A DNA stretch of 12,645 bases from a virus (taxonomy: Duplodnaviria; Heunggongvirae; Uroviricota; Caudoviricetes), in IMG/VR virus record IMGVR_UViG_2778261591_000019. One strand, 5' to 3'. The position numbers were made by a program, and so were the translations under genes. Under the pieces are notes generated by a model that did no database searches, was not told where the DNA came from, and saw only the letters and a list, made by a program, of their open reading frames with translations. Below, one piece after another: positions 1-6,208 of the stretch (the stretch's first letter is position 1; each line of letters starts with the position of its first letter).

Positions 1-276
1 CTGGCGAAGGATATCGTTACTGCGGCGCAGTTCACGATTTTCACGTTCCAGCTCTTTCAGACGCTGACGTTCAGCGCTGGTGAGCCCACCATCACCGCCC
101 CCGGTATCCCGCTCATGCTGGCGAACCCAGACACGCAGAGTCTCCGGCGTACAGCCAATCTTTGGGGCAATGGAACAAATTGCCGCCCACTGTGAGTCAT
201 ATTCATCCTGACTTTCCAGAACCATACGAATCGCCCGCTGACGGACTTCGGGGGAAAAACGAGTATTTTTAGTCAT
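1..276 (-). CDS. IS3-family transposase OrfA (HTH/leucine-zipper subunit), N-terminal 92 codons; 3' end lies outside the window
   Basis: ATG at 276-274 (minus strand); exactly 92 in-frame codons to position 1 with no stop; sequence ends ...[20 protein letters not shown], typical of IS3/IS629 OrfA. Confidence 0.85.
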   Translation of the reverse strand, partial: MTKNTRFSPEVRQRAIRMVLESQDEYDSQWAAICSIAPKIGCTPETLRVWVRQHERDTGGGDGGLTSAERQRLKELERENRELRRSNDILRQ

Positions 277-330
277 CCTGTTTACCTCTTTCTCAGGGAG
301 TTTAGTCTCCAGGATTTCCGGGGCGGTTCA
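1..330 (-). mobile_element. IS3-family insertion sequence (IS629/IS1203/IS3411-like), terminal 330 bp; element continues beyond the left edge of the window
   Basis: Minus-strand OrfA translation [23 protein letters not shown]... is recognisably IS3-family OrfA (recalled, not searched). The element ends ...GGCGGTTCA at 330, matching the TG...CA termini of IS3-family inverted repeats, with about 54 bp between the terminus and the OrfA ATG. Confidence 0.8.
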
Positions 331-1743
331 GACGAATATGACAGTCTGTTACGGGAAGTGCCTGAAAAAATAAAGGCGAAATATGACGAAAGTGTGGCAA
401 ATCTGAAAGCACGTTATGAGAGCAATGGTGAAGTTGTTCCTCAGGGTAAACTCGATTCATTAATGCGAAAGTACGAAAAGGAATTACGGAAAGAACAGTC
501 CAGACTTTCAAAATCAAGAGCAAATGATCTCAGAGACATAACAGCATTACGCGATCGTCTTGTTGGTACATATGGTATGCCTGATGATCCGTCTTCGTTT
601 TTTGTTCGTGCTGGCGCTTTTCTGCGGGATGTGAACTTCACGACCAAACTCGGTGGAATGACAGTATCAGCTATTCCAGATCTGGCCAGAGGGGTTATGG
701 TTAATGGTTTCCGTAACACCATGAAAGGCTATGCTTCTCAGATATCCCAATCACCGGCATTTAAGGCCAGCAAAGAAGAGATGTTGAAGATGGGGATTGG
801 ATTGGAAGCTGTACTACATTCACGTTCTCGTGCAATTGGTGATCTTGTTGACAGTTCTTCCAGGACAACAGCAGTCGAAGCAGGAATGGAGCGAATTACT
901 GATGCCTTCGGCAAGCTGACACTCATGGATCGATTTAATGACATAAACAAATCCATGAACGGAATGCTCACGTCAGACGGTATTTTGTCTGGTGCGTTTT
1001 CTGCACGTCGCATGGCAAAACTCGGTATCAACGACAATATGGCTGCGCGTATTCGCAGTGAGTTCGAGAAACATGGTGAGGTAATTGATGGATGGCACAT
1101 TGGTAACTTTGATAAATGGGACGATCAGTACGTTGCCGGAGTATTCCAGTCAGCGGTTCTGAAAGACGTTAATAACACTATCATCACCCCCGGTATTGGT
1201 GACACACCTTTATGGGCGAGTACTCCAATGGGGCGAACGATATTTCAGTTTAAATCATTCACAACGGCTTCATACAACCGTGCGCTACTTGGTGGGTTAC
1301 AGGAAGGAACTGCGCAATTTTATTATGGCACTGTATTTCAGATTGCTCTTGGCTCACTGGTCTATGCGCTAAAAGAAGCATCGAAAGGGAAAAATGTTGA
1401 CTGGTCACCAGAGAAGCTGGTGCTTGAGGGTATAGATAGATCCGGTATTCTTGGGCCATTGATGGAATATAACAACATGGCTGAAAAGGCTACTGGTGGT
1501 GCTGTTGGGCTGGGGGCTTTATTTGGCACTGGCACACAGTCTAGGTATGCCAGTCGTGGATTCGTAGGATCTCTATTCGGACCGTCATTTGGTCTTGCGG
1601 ATAGCATCATTGATGTGACCGCAGGAGTGTTGAATGGTGATGCCGGTGATCGTATTGTGCATAATGTCCGAACCCTGATACCAGGCAATAACCTGTTCTG
1701 GATTGCGCCACTAATAAACCAGGTGGATCCGGTGATGCGGTGA
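331..1743 (+). pseudogene. 3' portion (about 470 codons) of a phage virion/DNA-ejection-type protein gene, 5' end removed by the IS insertion
   Basis: The reading frame is open from the IS boundary (331: D E Y D S L L R E V...) to the stop at 1741-1743, with no credible start codon or RBS near the 5' end. Position just upstream of a P22-type immI module, and a Gly-rich C-terminal region, are consistent with a gp16-like ejection protein, but family assignment is unverified. Confidence 0.6.
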
Positions 1744-1754
1744 GTTAAACGCCT

Positions 1755-2345
1755 TTAGCATGATTCAGGGGAAACCCCAATATTAAATATGAGTGACTCT
1801 CCTGAATCAGCATAATAATGTAATATTATTGACTTACGTTGTTTTCTTGCTTCGTAGAATAAACGCTCTTGCGGCGATAATTTGTGAAAACTGCCGGATG
1901 CACAATATATGTTTTTTAACTTTTCGCTGGTTGCTTTTATTGTATCTTCTGAGATGTATTTTAGGTATTTATCCGTATAGATGTTGCTACTATAAGAAAT
2001 TAATGTTTTGCTGTTGTTGTGATGTATTGTATTTTTATCGTTGAAGTCTGTATTTTTATTTACTGTCATTAGGTTTTTAATGATTACATGTAATGCAATA
2101 GTCTCCCCATCATCAATTCCATATTTGATGTCATAGTCAGTATATTTATTTGTTATACCGCTTCCTGATAGCGGCACTATGTACTCTGAGAAAAATGAGT
2201 TTGCCGCGTGACCATCAAGAGCAATAGCAGTTTTTTTGTGGTAAAAATAAAACAATATTGAGAGAGTCAAAATAATAGCGACGCCTAATGCAACCTTTAA
2301 TATAGATATGGTTTTCAAAATATCGCTCCTTGTTGTAACATACAT
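1755..2345 (-). CDS. Hypothetical single-pass membrane protein in an AT-rich island; candidate superinfection-exclusion-type moron
   Basis: About 200-codon ORF in visibly AT-rich DNA, where long ORFs are unlikely by chance. Predicted N-terminal TM helix (ISILKVALGVAIILTLSILFYFY) followed by an N/K/Y/S-rich soluble domain. Start ambiguous (ATG 2345 or TTG 2366), no clear SD. Sits where sieA lies in P22-like phages. Confidence 0.5.
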   Translation of the reverse strand: MYVTTRSDILKTISILKVALGVAIILTLSILFYFYHKKTAIALDGHAANSFFSEYIVPLSGSGITNKYTDYDIKYGIDDGETIALHVIIKNLMTVNKNTDFNDKNTIHHNNSKTLISYSSNIYTDKYLKYISEDTIKATSEKLKNIYCASGSFHKLSPQERLFYEARKQRKSIILHYYADSGESLIFNIGVSPESC

Positions 2346-2378
2346 CAGTAATGTGGCGTTTTTCAATTGTATTAAAGA

Positions 2379-2408
2379 CGTGTAATATGTACACGCCTTT
2401 TGTTCTTC
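2379..2408 (-). terminator. Weak hairpin plus T-rich tract between the mnt-like gene and the membrane-protein gene
   Basis: CGTGTA-ATATG-TACACG stem-loop (2379-2395) flanked by T-rich sequence; only a 6-bp stem. Confidence 0.25.
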
Positions 2409-2840
2409 CTATTCAGGTATTTCAATTCCAAAACCATCTGCATCCCATGAGTTTTCACAGATGATGTAACCTAGTTCATTGAGCTTATTAAATGTTTTTT
2501 CAAAGATGATCTGGTAATCATTATCTGCAAGTGATTCCAGTTCAAGGTCATTAAGGTTTATATAAAAACTTGTATGTCCAAGTGTTATTTTCTTATTGAT
2601 TTCATTAAAAGTTCTTTTGAAAATAATATTTGATATTTCATGCCGTGCATTGTTTGCAATAATTTTTGCTTCATAAGCAGAAATTACGTCATCTTCATGA
2701 ATATCTTTCAGAAAGCTGGTGTCAAGACGTTGTACTATTTCAGCGTTCATTGAGCGCTTATTGGCTTTTGCAGAAATTTCTATTTTTTCTTTTACTTCAA
2801 CGGGAAGTCTGATCCTTAGTTGTGGATCTTCTCTGCTCAT
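2409..2840 (-). CDS. mnt: Mnt-like ribbon-helix-helix repressor with an extra C-terminal domain of about 60 aa
   Basis: N-terminus MSREDPQLRIRLPVEVKEKIEISAKANKRSMNAEIVQRL matches the P22 Mnt RHH motif (DP..F..R.P.EV.EK....A.AN.RSMN.E..Q). ATG at 2840 preceded by a GGTGA SD. Divergent from the arc-like/ant genes as in P22 immI. 143 aa versus 83 aa for P22 Mnt. Confidence 0.75.
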   Translation of the reverse strand: MSREDPQLRIRLPVEVKEKIEISAKANKRSMNAEIVQRLDTSFLKDIHEDDVISAYEAKIIANNARHEISNIIFKRTFNEINKKITLGHTSFYINLNDLELESLADNDYQIIFEKTFNKLNELGYIICENSWDADGFGIEIPE

Positions 2841-2870
2841 GTTCTTCACCAAATATTGAGTTACTTGCAA

Positions 2871-2960
2871 TGATTGAAGTATGCCTCACCGTGTGCTTGA
2901 CATCAATGACGCACGGTGTGACAATTGTTTTGCCCCACGGTGGGGCTAAGGAGATATGAA
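2871..2960. promoter_or_regulatory. Divergent promoter/operator region (Pant-like promoter with RHH operator half-sites)
   Basis: -35 TTGACA (2897-2902), 17-nt spacer, -10 GACAAT (2920-2925), reading toward the arc-like gene. Heptamer CACGGTG at 2912-2918 and 2936-2942 and its reverse complement CACCGTG at 2887-2893, about 24-25 bp apart. SD TAAGGAG at 2947-2953. Confidence 0.45.
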
Positions 2961-3128
2961 ATGCAAAAAGCAAAAGAGATGTGTCAACGACGAGTTCGTT
3001 TTCCGGACGATGTGAAGTTAGCTATTGAAAGAAATGGCGAAAAAGAATGCCGAAAGTTCAATACAGAGATTATCTATCAGCTGAGGAAAGTGTATGGACT
3101 CACTGGTGAGAAGAATAGCGTGGCATAA
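2961..3128 (+). CDS. arc: Arc-like ribbon-helix-helix repressor (55 aa)
   Basis: ATG 2961 with strong SD (TAAGGAG, 7-nt spacing). 55 aa, similar in size to P22 Arc (53 aa). RVRFPDDVKLAI...NTEIIYQLRKV fits the RHH beta-strand/helix pattern. Immediately upstream of the antirepressor gene. Confidence 0.65.
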   Translation: MQKAKEMCQRRVRFPDDVKLAIERNGEKECRKFNTEIIYQLRKVYGLTGEKNSVA

Positions 3129-3200
3129 AACAGCGAAGCCCAACGGTGGCCAGACCGTCAGGGCTTCAGTATCGTAAAACTACGTATAGGAATTAACGAC
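3127..3200 (-). ncRNA. Predicted sar-like small antisense RNA across the antirepressor RBS/start
   Basis: Minus-strand promoter inside the first codons of ant: -35 TTGATA (complement of 3230-3235), 17-nt spacer, -10 TATACT (complement of 3207-3212). Minus-strand terminator: stem GAAGCCC/GGGCTTC (3135-3141 with 3161-3167) followed by a T-tract (complement of 3127-3134). Predicted length about 70 nt, as for P22 sar. Confidence 0.35.
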
Positions 3201-4145
3201 ATGACGAGTATAGCAACAGCGCTATCTACTATCAACGTGCCATTCCACGGCGCAGAACTTTATGTTGTCAATCACAACGGAGAACCGTACACCCCAATGA
3301 AACCTATCGTTGAAGGCATGGGTATGGATTGGGCTTCACAGTTTACGAAAATGAAGCAGCGGTTTAAAACCTGCATTGTGAAAATCACAATGCAGCTTCC
3401 TGGGGATGAACAGCGCCGTGAGATTATTTGTTTGGCACTTCGCAAACTTGCTGGCTGGTTGCAAACCATCAGCCCTAACAAAGTCCGCCCTGAAATCCGC
3501 GACAAGGTAATCCAGTATCAGGAAGAGTGTGACGATGTTCTCTACGAGTACTGGACTAAAGGCCATGTGGTTAACCCACGCAAAGCTAAAAAGGCGTTGC
3601 CGGGTAAAATAACCACTGAACAGCAGGAAGCCATTAAACAACTCGTCATGAGTCGCGGTCAGTCTCTGCCAAAAGAAAAACAGGCTAAGGCGATGATCAC
3701 CATGTGGTCGTCACTGAAATCTCATTTTGGCTGTTCGTACAAAGAAATTGATGAAGATCAATTCGCCGAAGCGTTGTCTCTTGTTGCTCGGGTTCCGCTT
3801 GAAGGGGAGCATCTCCCTGCTGGATCTGCATCAGAGAATGATGAAGTGGCAGTCAAGATGTTAGATGCGCTTCGTGAGGCAATTAAAACACAGACAAAAT
3901 GTTATGGTTATCCGCTGAAGCCCGGCTACCGCAGTCTGATTCATTCGCCGTCTGGTGTTCTCGGCCTGACGGAGAACTCACTGCTGATGAATCTGCTTAA
4001 CCAGTTACAGGACGACGGGCACGATGTATCGGGCGCGGCGGCGGAGCTGACCACCATGTTCTGCTACATCGTCGGTGTGAGCAAGTGCCTGCGTGATATC
4101 CAGACCCACGCGGAGTACATCAACGACAAGGCAGGGTTCTTCTGA
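3201..4145 (+). CDS. ant: Phage antirepressor (Ant); N-terminal AntA-type domain plus a C-terminal module shared with two other genes in the window
   Basis: 314-aa ORF directly after arc in the immI arrangement, with ATG 3201 and AGGA upstream. N-terminus VPFHGAELYVVNHNGEPYTPMKPIVEGMGMDW resembles antirepressor N-domains. C-terminal 77 aa are near-identical to the C-terminus of the 5121-5813 gene. Confidence 0.75.
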   Translation: MTSIATALSTINVPFHGAELYVVNHNGEPYTPMKPIVEGMGMDWASQFTKMKQRFKTCIVKITMQLPGDEQRREIICLALRKLAGWLQTISPNKVRPEIRDKVIQYQEECDDVLYEYWTKGHVVNPRKAKKALPGKITTEQQEAIKQLVMSRGQSLPKEKQAKAMITMWSSLKSHFGCSYKEIDEDQFAEALSLVARVPLEGEHLPAGSASENDEVAVKMLDALREAIKTQTKCYGYPLKPGYRSLIHSPSGVLGLTENSLLMNLLNQLQDDGHDVSGAAAELTTMFCYIVGVSKCLRDIQTHAEYINDKAGFF

Positions 4146-4169
4146 CAGAACGGCGGCACAGGGATGTGC
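3915..4169. repeat. Inverted repeat, left copy (3' end of ant plus about 24 bp downstream)
   Basis: Reverse complement of 5099-5353 matches 3915-4169 at about 95% identity by hand alignment (about 12 mismatches over 231 coding bp); similarity continues past the stop codons (CGGCGGCACAGGGATGTGC). Confidence 0.85.
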
Positions 4170-4196
4170 AAAACGGAACTATCGTGACATGTCACA

Positions 4197-4220
4197 GGCC
4201 GCTTTCGCGGCCTTGTTTTT
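4197..4220 (+). terminator. Rho-independent terminator downstream of ant
   Basis: GGCCGC-TTTC-GCGGCC hairpin (4197-4212) followed by TTGTTTTT (4213-4220). A 12-bp perfect palindrome GTGACATGTCAC lies immediately upstream (4184-4195). Confidence 0.6.
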
Positions 4221-4260
4221 AACGAATGCCACCGCCGCCCGGGCGGGAATCCGCAGACAC

Positions 4261-4281
4261 AAAAAAGCCCGCAACGCGGGC
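4261..4281 (-). terminator. Rho-independent terminator for the minus-strand toxin-like operon
   Basis: GCCCGC-AAC-GCGGGC hairpin (4267-4281) immediately after the minus-strand stop at 4282-4284, followed on the minus strand by TTTTTT (complement of 4261-4266). Confidence 0.6.
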
Positions 4282-4827
4282 TTATTCCTTCCATTTATCA
4301 GAAAAAAGATCTTCTTCTAAAGGCATTGGTTCTGTTTTTGTTTTCTCAAAGAATTGATAACTGATAGTGATTGCTTCCTCTTTAAACTCTTCTTGCTCAG
4401 TTATGTTGTGGGCATCTGCGTCAACAAAAAACATAACCAGCGCATCACGATTGTGATTTACCGAATAAACTAAAAAGCAATCACTTGTTGGTATGCATTT
4501 TACTTGCACAGACGCTATATTTTTCCATGCATCCCAAGATGATTTTTTACCAGTGTGTTTTTTATCACTATCTTCTGGAATATAGTCTTGGTTATCGACA
4601 TGAGTATGCCTGACATTTAGTTTAAGCATTTCTGTCGGACGAGCAAATGCAGCATCTTTACCAAGAGATGGATGGTATCCCGTTTTCCAATACTGGGTAA
4701 AGGCATCAGATACTTTCTTCAGCTCAAGATCAGATGCACAAAGGGCCGAGAAATTTTGCGTATGCAATACTCGACCCTTATATCTGACAATTTGATTTTT
4801 ATCATTCTGCGACGCAGACGAACTCAT
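4282..4827 (-). CDS. YafO-like toxin candidate (181 aa)
   Basis: ATG 4827 with AAGGA SD. By-eye similarity to E. coli YafO as I recall it: GKDAAF..P..LKLNVRHTHV versus GRDALY..P..IKFERVAHIHL, and FLVYSV...ALVMFFVDADAH versus HLVYCQ...WLLIAILKPEPH. The YafO sequence is from memory and unverified. Confidence 0.55.
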   Translation of the reverse strand: MSSSASQNDKNQIVRYKGRVLHTQNFSALCASDLELKKVSDAFTQYWKTGYHPSLGKDAAFARPTEMLKLNVRHTHVDNQDYIPEDSDKKHTGKKSSWDAWKNIASVQVKCIPTSDCFLVYSVNHNRDALVMFFVDADAHNITEQEEFKEEAITISYQFFEKTKTEPMPLEEDLFSDKWKE

Positions 4828-4981
4828 AATTTTCCTTATTGTTACGAGAATCAAAGAAAGCTCGGGATACGCGACTTGCGTGATCTTTTGTCATAGTAAC
4901 TTTTACGTACTCTACGCTTCCATTGAAAGAACGTCTTGCGGCAGCTTGCGCTCTACGCATCTGCAATTTTTCGTTTCGCAT
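4802..4981 (-). CDS. Small basic ORF (59 aa) overlapping the start of the toxin-like gene; candidate cognate antitoxin/regulator
   Basis: Not in the supplied ORF track (below size cutoff). ATG 4981 preceded by GAGG SD; stop TGA at 4804-4802 overlaps the downstream gene start by 26 nt. Promoter-like -35 TTGGTT (complement of 5031-5036), 17-nt spacer, -10 TGTAAT (complement of 5008-5013). Product MRNEKLQMRRAQAAARRSFNGSVEYVKVTMTKDHASRVSRAFFDSRNNKENYEFVCVAE. Confidence 0.35.
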   Translation of the reverse strand: MRNEKLQMRRAQAAARRSFNGSVEYVKVTMTKDHASRVSRAFFDSRNNKENYEFVCVAE

Positions 4982-5041
4982 GACATTACCTCATATCTCA
5001 TAAGTTCATTACACGGATTAATAAAAATGAAACCAATCCGT

Positions 5042-5056
5042 TTACCCTTGAGGTAA
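5042..5056. promoter_or_regulatory. TTACC-N5-GGTAA palindrome immediately upstream of the -35 of the toxin-like operon promoter
   Basis: TTACCCTTGAGGTAA read directly; same palindrome family as 6080-6096, 6173-6189 and 7292-7308. Confidence 0.35.
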
Positions 5057-5098
5057 TAGTACGCTATTCACCTGCAATCTGTACAGAATTATTTAAAG

Positions 5099-5353
5099 GC
5101 ACATCCCTGTGCGCCGCCCGTCAGAAGAACCCTGCTTTGTCGTTGATATACTCCGCGTGAGTCTGGATATCACGCAGGCATTTGCTCACACCAACGATGT
5201 AGCAGAACATGGTGGTCAGCTCCGCCGCCGCGCCAGATACGTCGTGCCCGTCTTCCTGTAACTGGTTCAGCAGATTCATCAGCAGTGAGTTCTCCGTCAG
5301 GCCGAGAACACCAGACGGAGAATGAATCAGGCTGCGGTATCCGGGCTTCAGTG
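5099..5353. repeat. Inverted repeat, right copy (3' end of the second antirepressor gene plus flanking bases)
   Basis: See left copy; the two copies encode nearly identical C-terminal peptides KPGYRSLIHSPSGVLGLTENSLLMNLLNQLQ(D/E)DGHDVSGAAAELTTMFCYIVGVSKCLRDIQTHAEYINDKAGFF on opposite strands. Confidence 0.85.
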
Positions 5354-5813
5354 GGGCGCTGTAGGTTTTGTTCTCTATCTTCATTGCCTGCATTACTGCT
5401 GACGCCGTGGCGTTGGCTACCTGGTCGGCAACCATCTTTATGCGTTCTTCCTGCGGGAGCGAGTTTTTAATGTAACTTCCAGTGCGGCGGATCTGAGGAA
5501 GAACCTCACCTGTAACCCATTCAAGAAATCTGAATGCTCTCGTTCCCTCTGTCATTGCCTCTTTGCAACGCAGAATAAGGATGTAGAGACCTGATTCTGA
5601 AACGATGGATAGTTCTTGTATTCCACCAGGGGTCTGTATTGAATACAGCCCCTTTTTGTTCCAGCCTTTTTTATCAAGTTTTCTCGCTTGTGTAACATCA
5701 ATATTCAAAGCATTGCACACATCTTTGGTGACAAACCAAGGTTCTCCGTCAATCATGAACATACGGATCTGGCAGGATGACTCAAAGGAAAAGATGGAAG
5801 GTTTGGTATTCAT
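5121..5813 (-). CDS. Second antirepressor: Bro-N-type N-terminal domain plus the shared antirepressor C-terminal module (230 aa)
   Basis: ATG 5813 with AGGTG SD. N-terminus IRMFMIDGEPWFVTKDVCNALNI...SESGLYILILRCKEAMTEGTRAFRFLEWVTGEVLPQIRR has classic Bro-N/antirepressor motifs. C-terminus as in ant. Confidence 0.8.
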   Translation of the reverse strand: MNTKPSIFSFESSCQIRMFMIDGEPWFVTKDVCNALNIDVTQARKLDKKGWNKKGLYSIQTPGGIQELSIVSESGLYILILRCKEAMTEGTRAFRFLEWVTGEVLPQIRRTGSYIKNSLPQEERIKMVADQVANATASAVMQAMKIENKTYSAPLKPGYRSLIHSPSGVLGLTENSLLMNLLNQLQEDGHDVSGAAAELTTMFCYIVGVSKCLRDIQTHAEYINDKAGFF

Positions 5814-6079
5814 GGCGATCACCTTTGTAGTTAGGTTAATCACCACCGCTGAGACCAATCAGATGGTGGTGAACTGTGCAGAGTTGGTCTTACCGGCTAC
5901 AAAGGAACCCGGCGCACCTTTCGGTGCCCCCACACAGCCCACCATAGAATAGGTGCGCTTTACACATAAAAAAACCGCTTATGCGGCATATGTGCCTCTG
6001 TAGTAATCCGGGAGACCAATCCCGGCACTGGATTTTGCCAGTGCCCGGTTACTATGGCACAGGATGAGTGCGATGTAAA

Positions 6080-6096
6080 TTTACCGTAAAGGTAAT
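6080..6096. promoter_or_regulatory. ATTACC-N5-GGTAAT palindrome (distal site upstream of the 6209 gene)
   Basis: ATTACCGTAAAGGTAAT read directly. Confidence 0.35.
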
Positions 6097-6172
6097 GATA
6101 AGCGCTGAGAAATATCAAAATCAACCGTATTTGGTTGATGGAGTTTAATGCTTGATCACCTGAAAGCAAGAT

Positions 6173-6189
6173 ATTACCTTTAAGGTAAT
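6173..6189. promoter_or_regulatory. ATTACC-N5-GGTAAT palindrome (proximal site, about 20 bp upstream of the 6209 start)
   Basis: ATTACCTTTAAGGTAAT read directly; preceded by ATCACCTGAAAG (6155-6166), which recurs at 7292-7303. Confidence 0.35.
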
Positions 6190-6208
6190 GTTATTGTGAG
6201 GAAAAGCA

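Noticed and set aside
302-1688. Minus-strand ORFs 302-523, 441-722, 738-1100, 1259-1459 and 1362-1688 from the six-frame track
   Set aside because: All lie antisense inside the long plus-strand virion gene fragment, have no RBS or context, and give low-complexity translations; they are shadow ORFs.
1793-2044. Plus-strand 83-aa ORF in the AT-rich island
   Set aside because: Antisense to the longer membrane-protein ORF; Cys/Leu-rich translation typical of an AT-rich antisense frame; no RBS.
3272-3641. Minus-strand ORFs 3272-3505 and 3336-3641
   Set aside because: Antisense within the antirepressor gene, which has far stronger coding evidence (domain motifs, RBS, operon position).
4064-4320. 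ORFs 4064-4294 (minus) and 4093-4320 (plus) spanning the ant 3' end and terminators
   Set aside because: They run through two terminator hairpins and the inverted-repeat region, and have Arg/Pro-rich translations typical of GC-rich non-coding frames.
4827-4854. Extended start (TTG 4854) for the YafO-like gene and TTG/GTG starts reported by the ORF track for several genes (358, 2366, 2870, 2925, 5858, 7282)
   Set aside because: In each case an internal ATG with a proper Shine-Dalgarno sequence and, where known, homologue-consistent N-terminus gives a better start. The track's first codon is just the longest-ORF convention, except at 358, where the gene is truncated and has no real start.
4672-4896. 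Plus-strand 74-aa ORF
   Set aside because: Antisense to the YafO-like gene and the small upstream ORF; no RBS.
5285-5952. Plus-strand ORFs 5285-5470 and 5605-5952
   Set aside because: Antisense to the Bro-N antirepressor gene, or running into the intergenic region without start signals.
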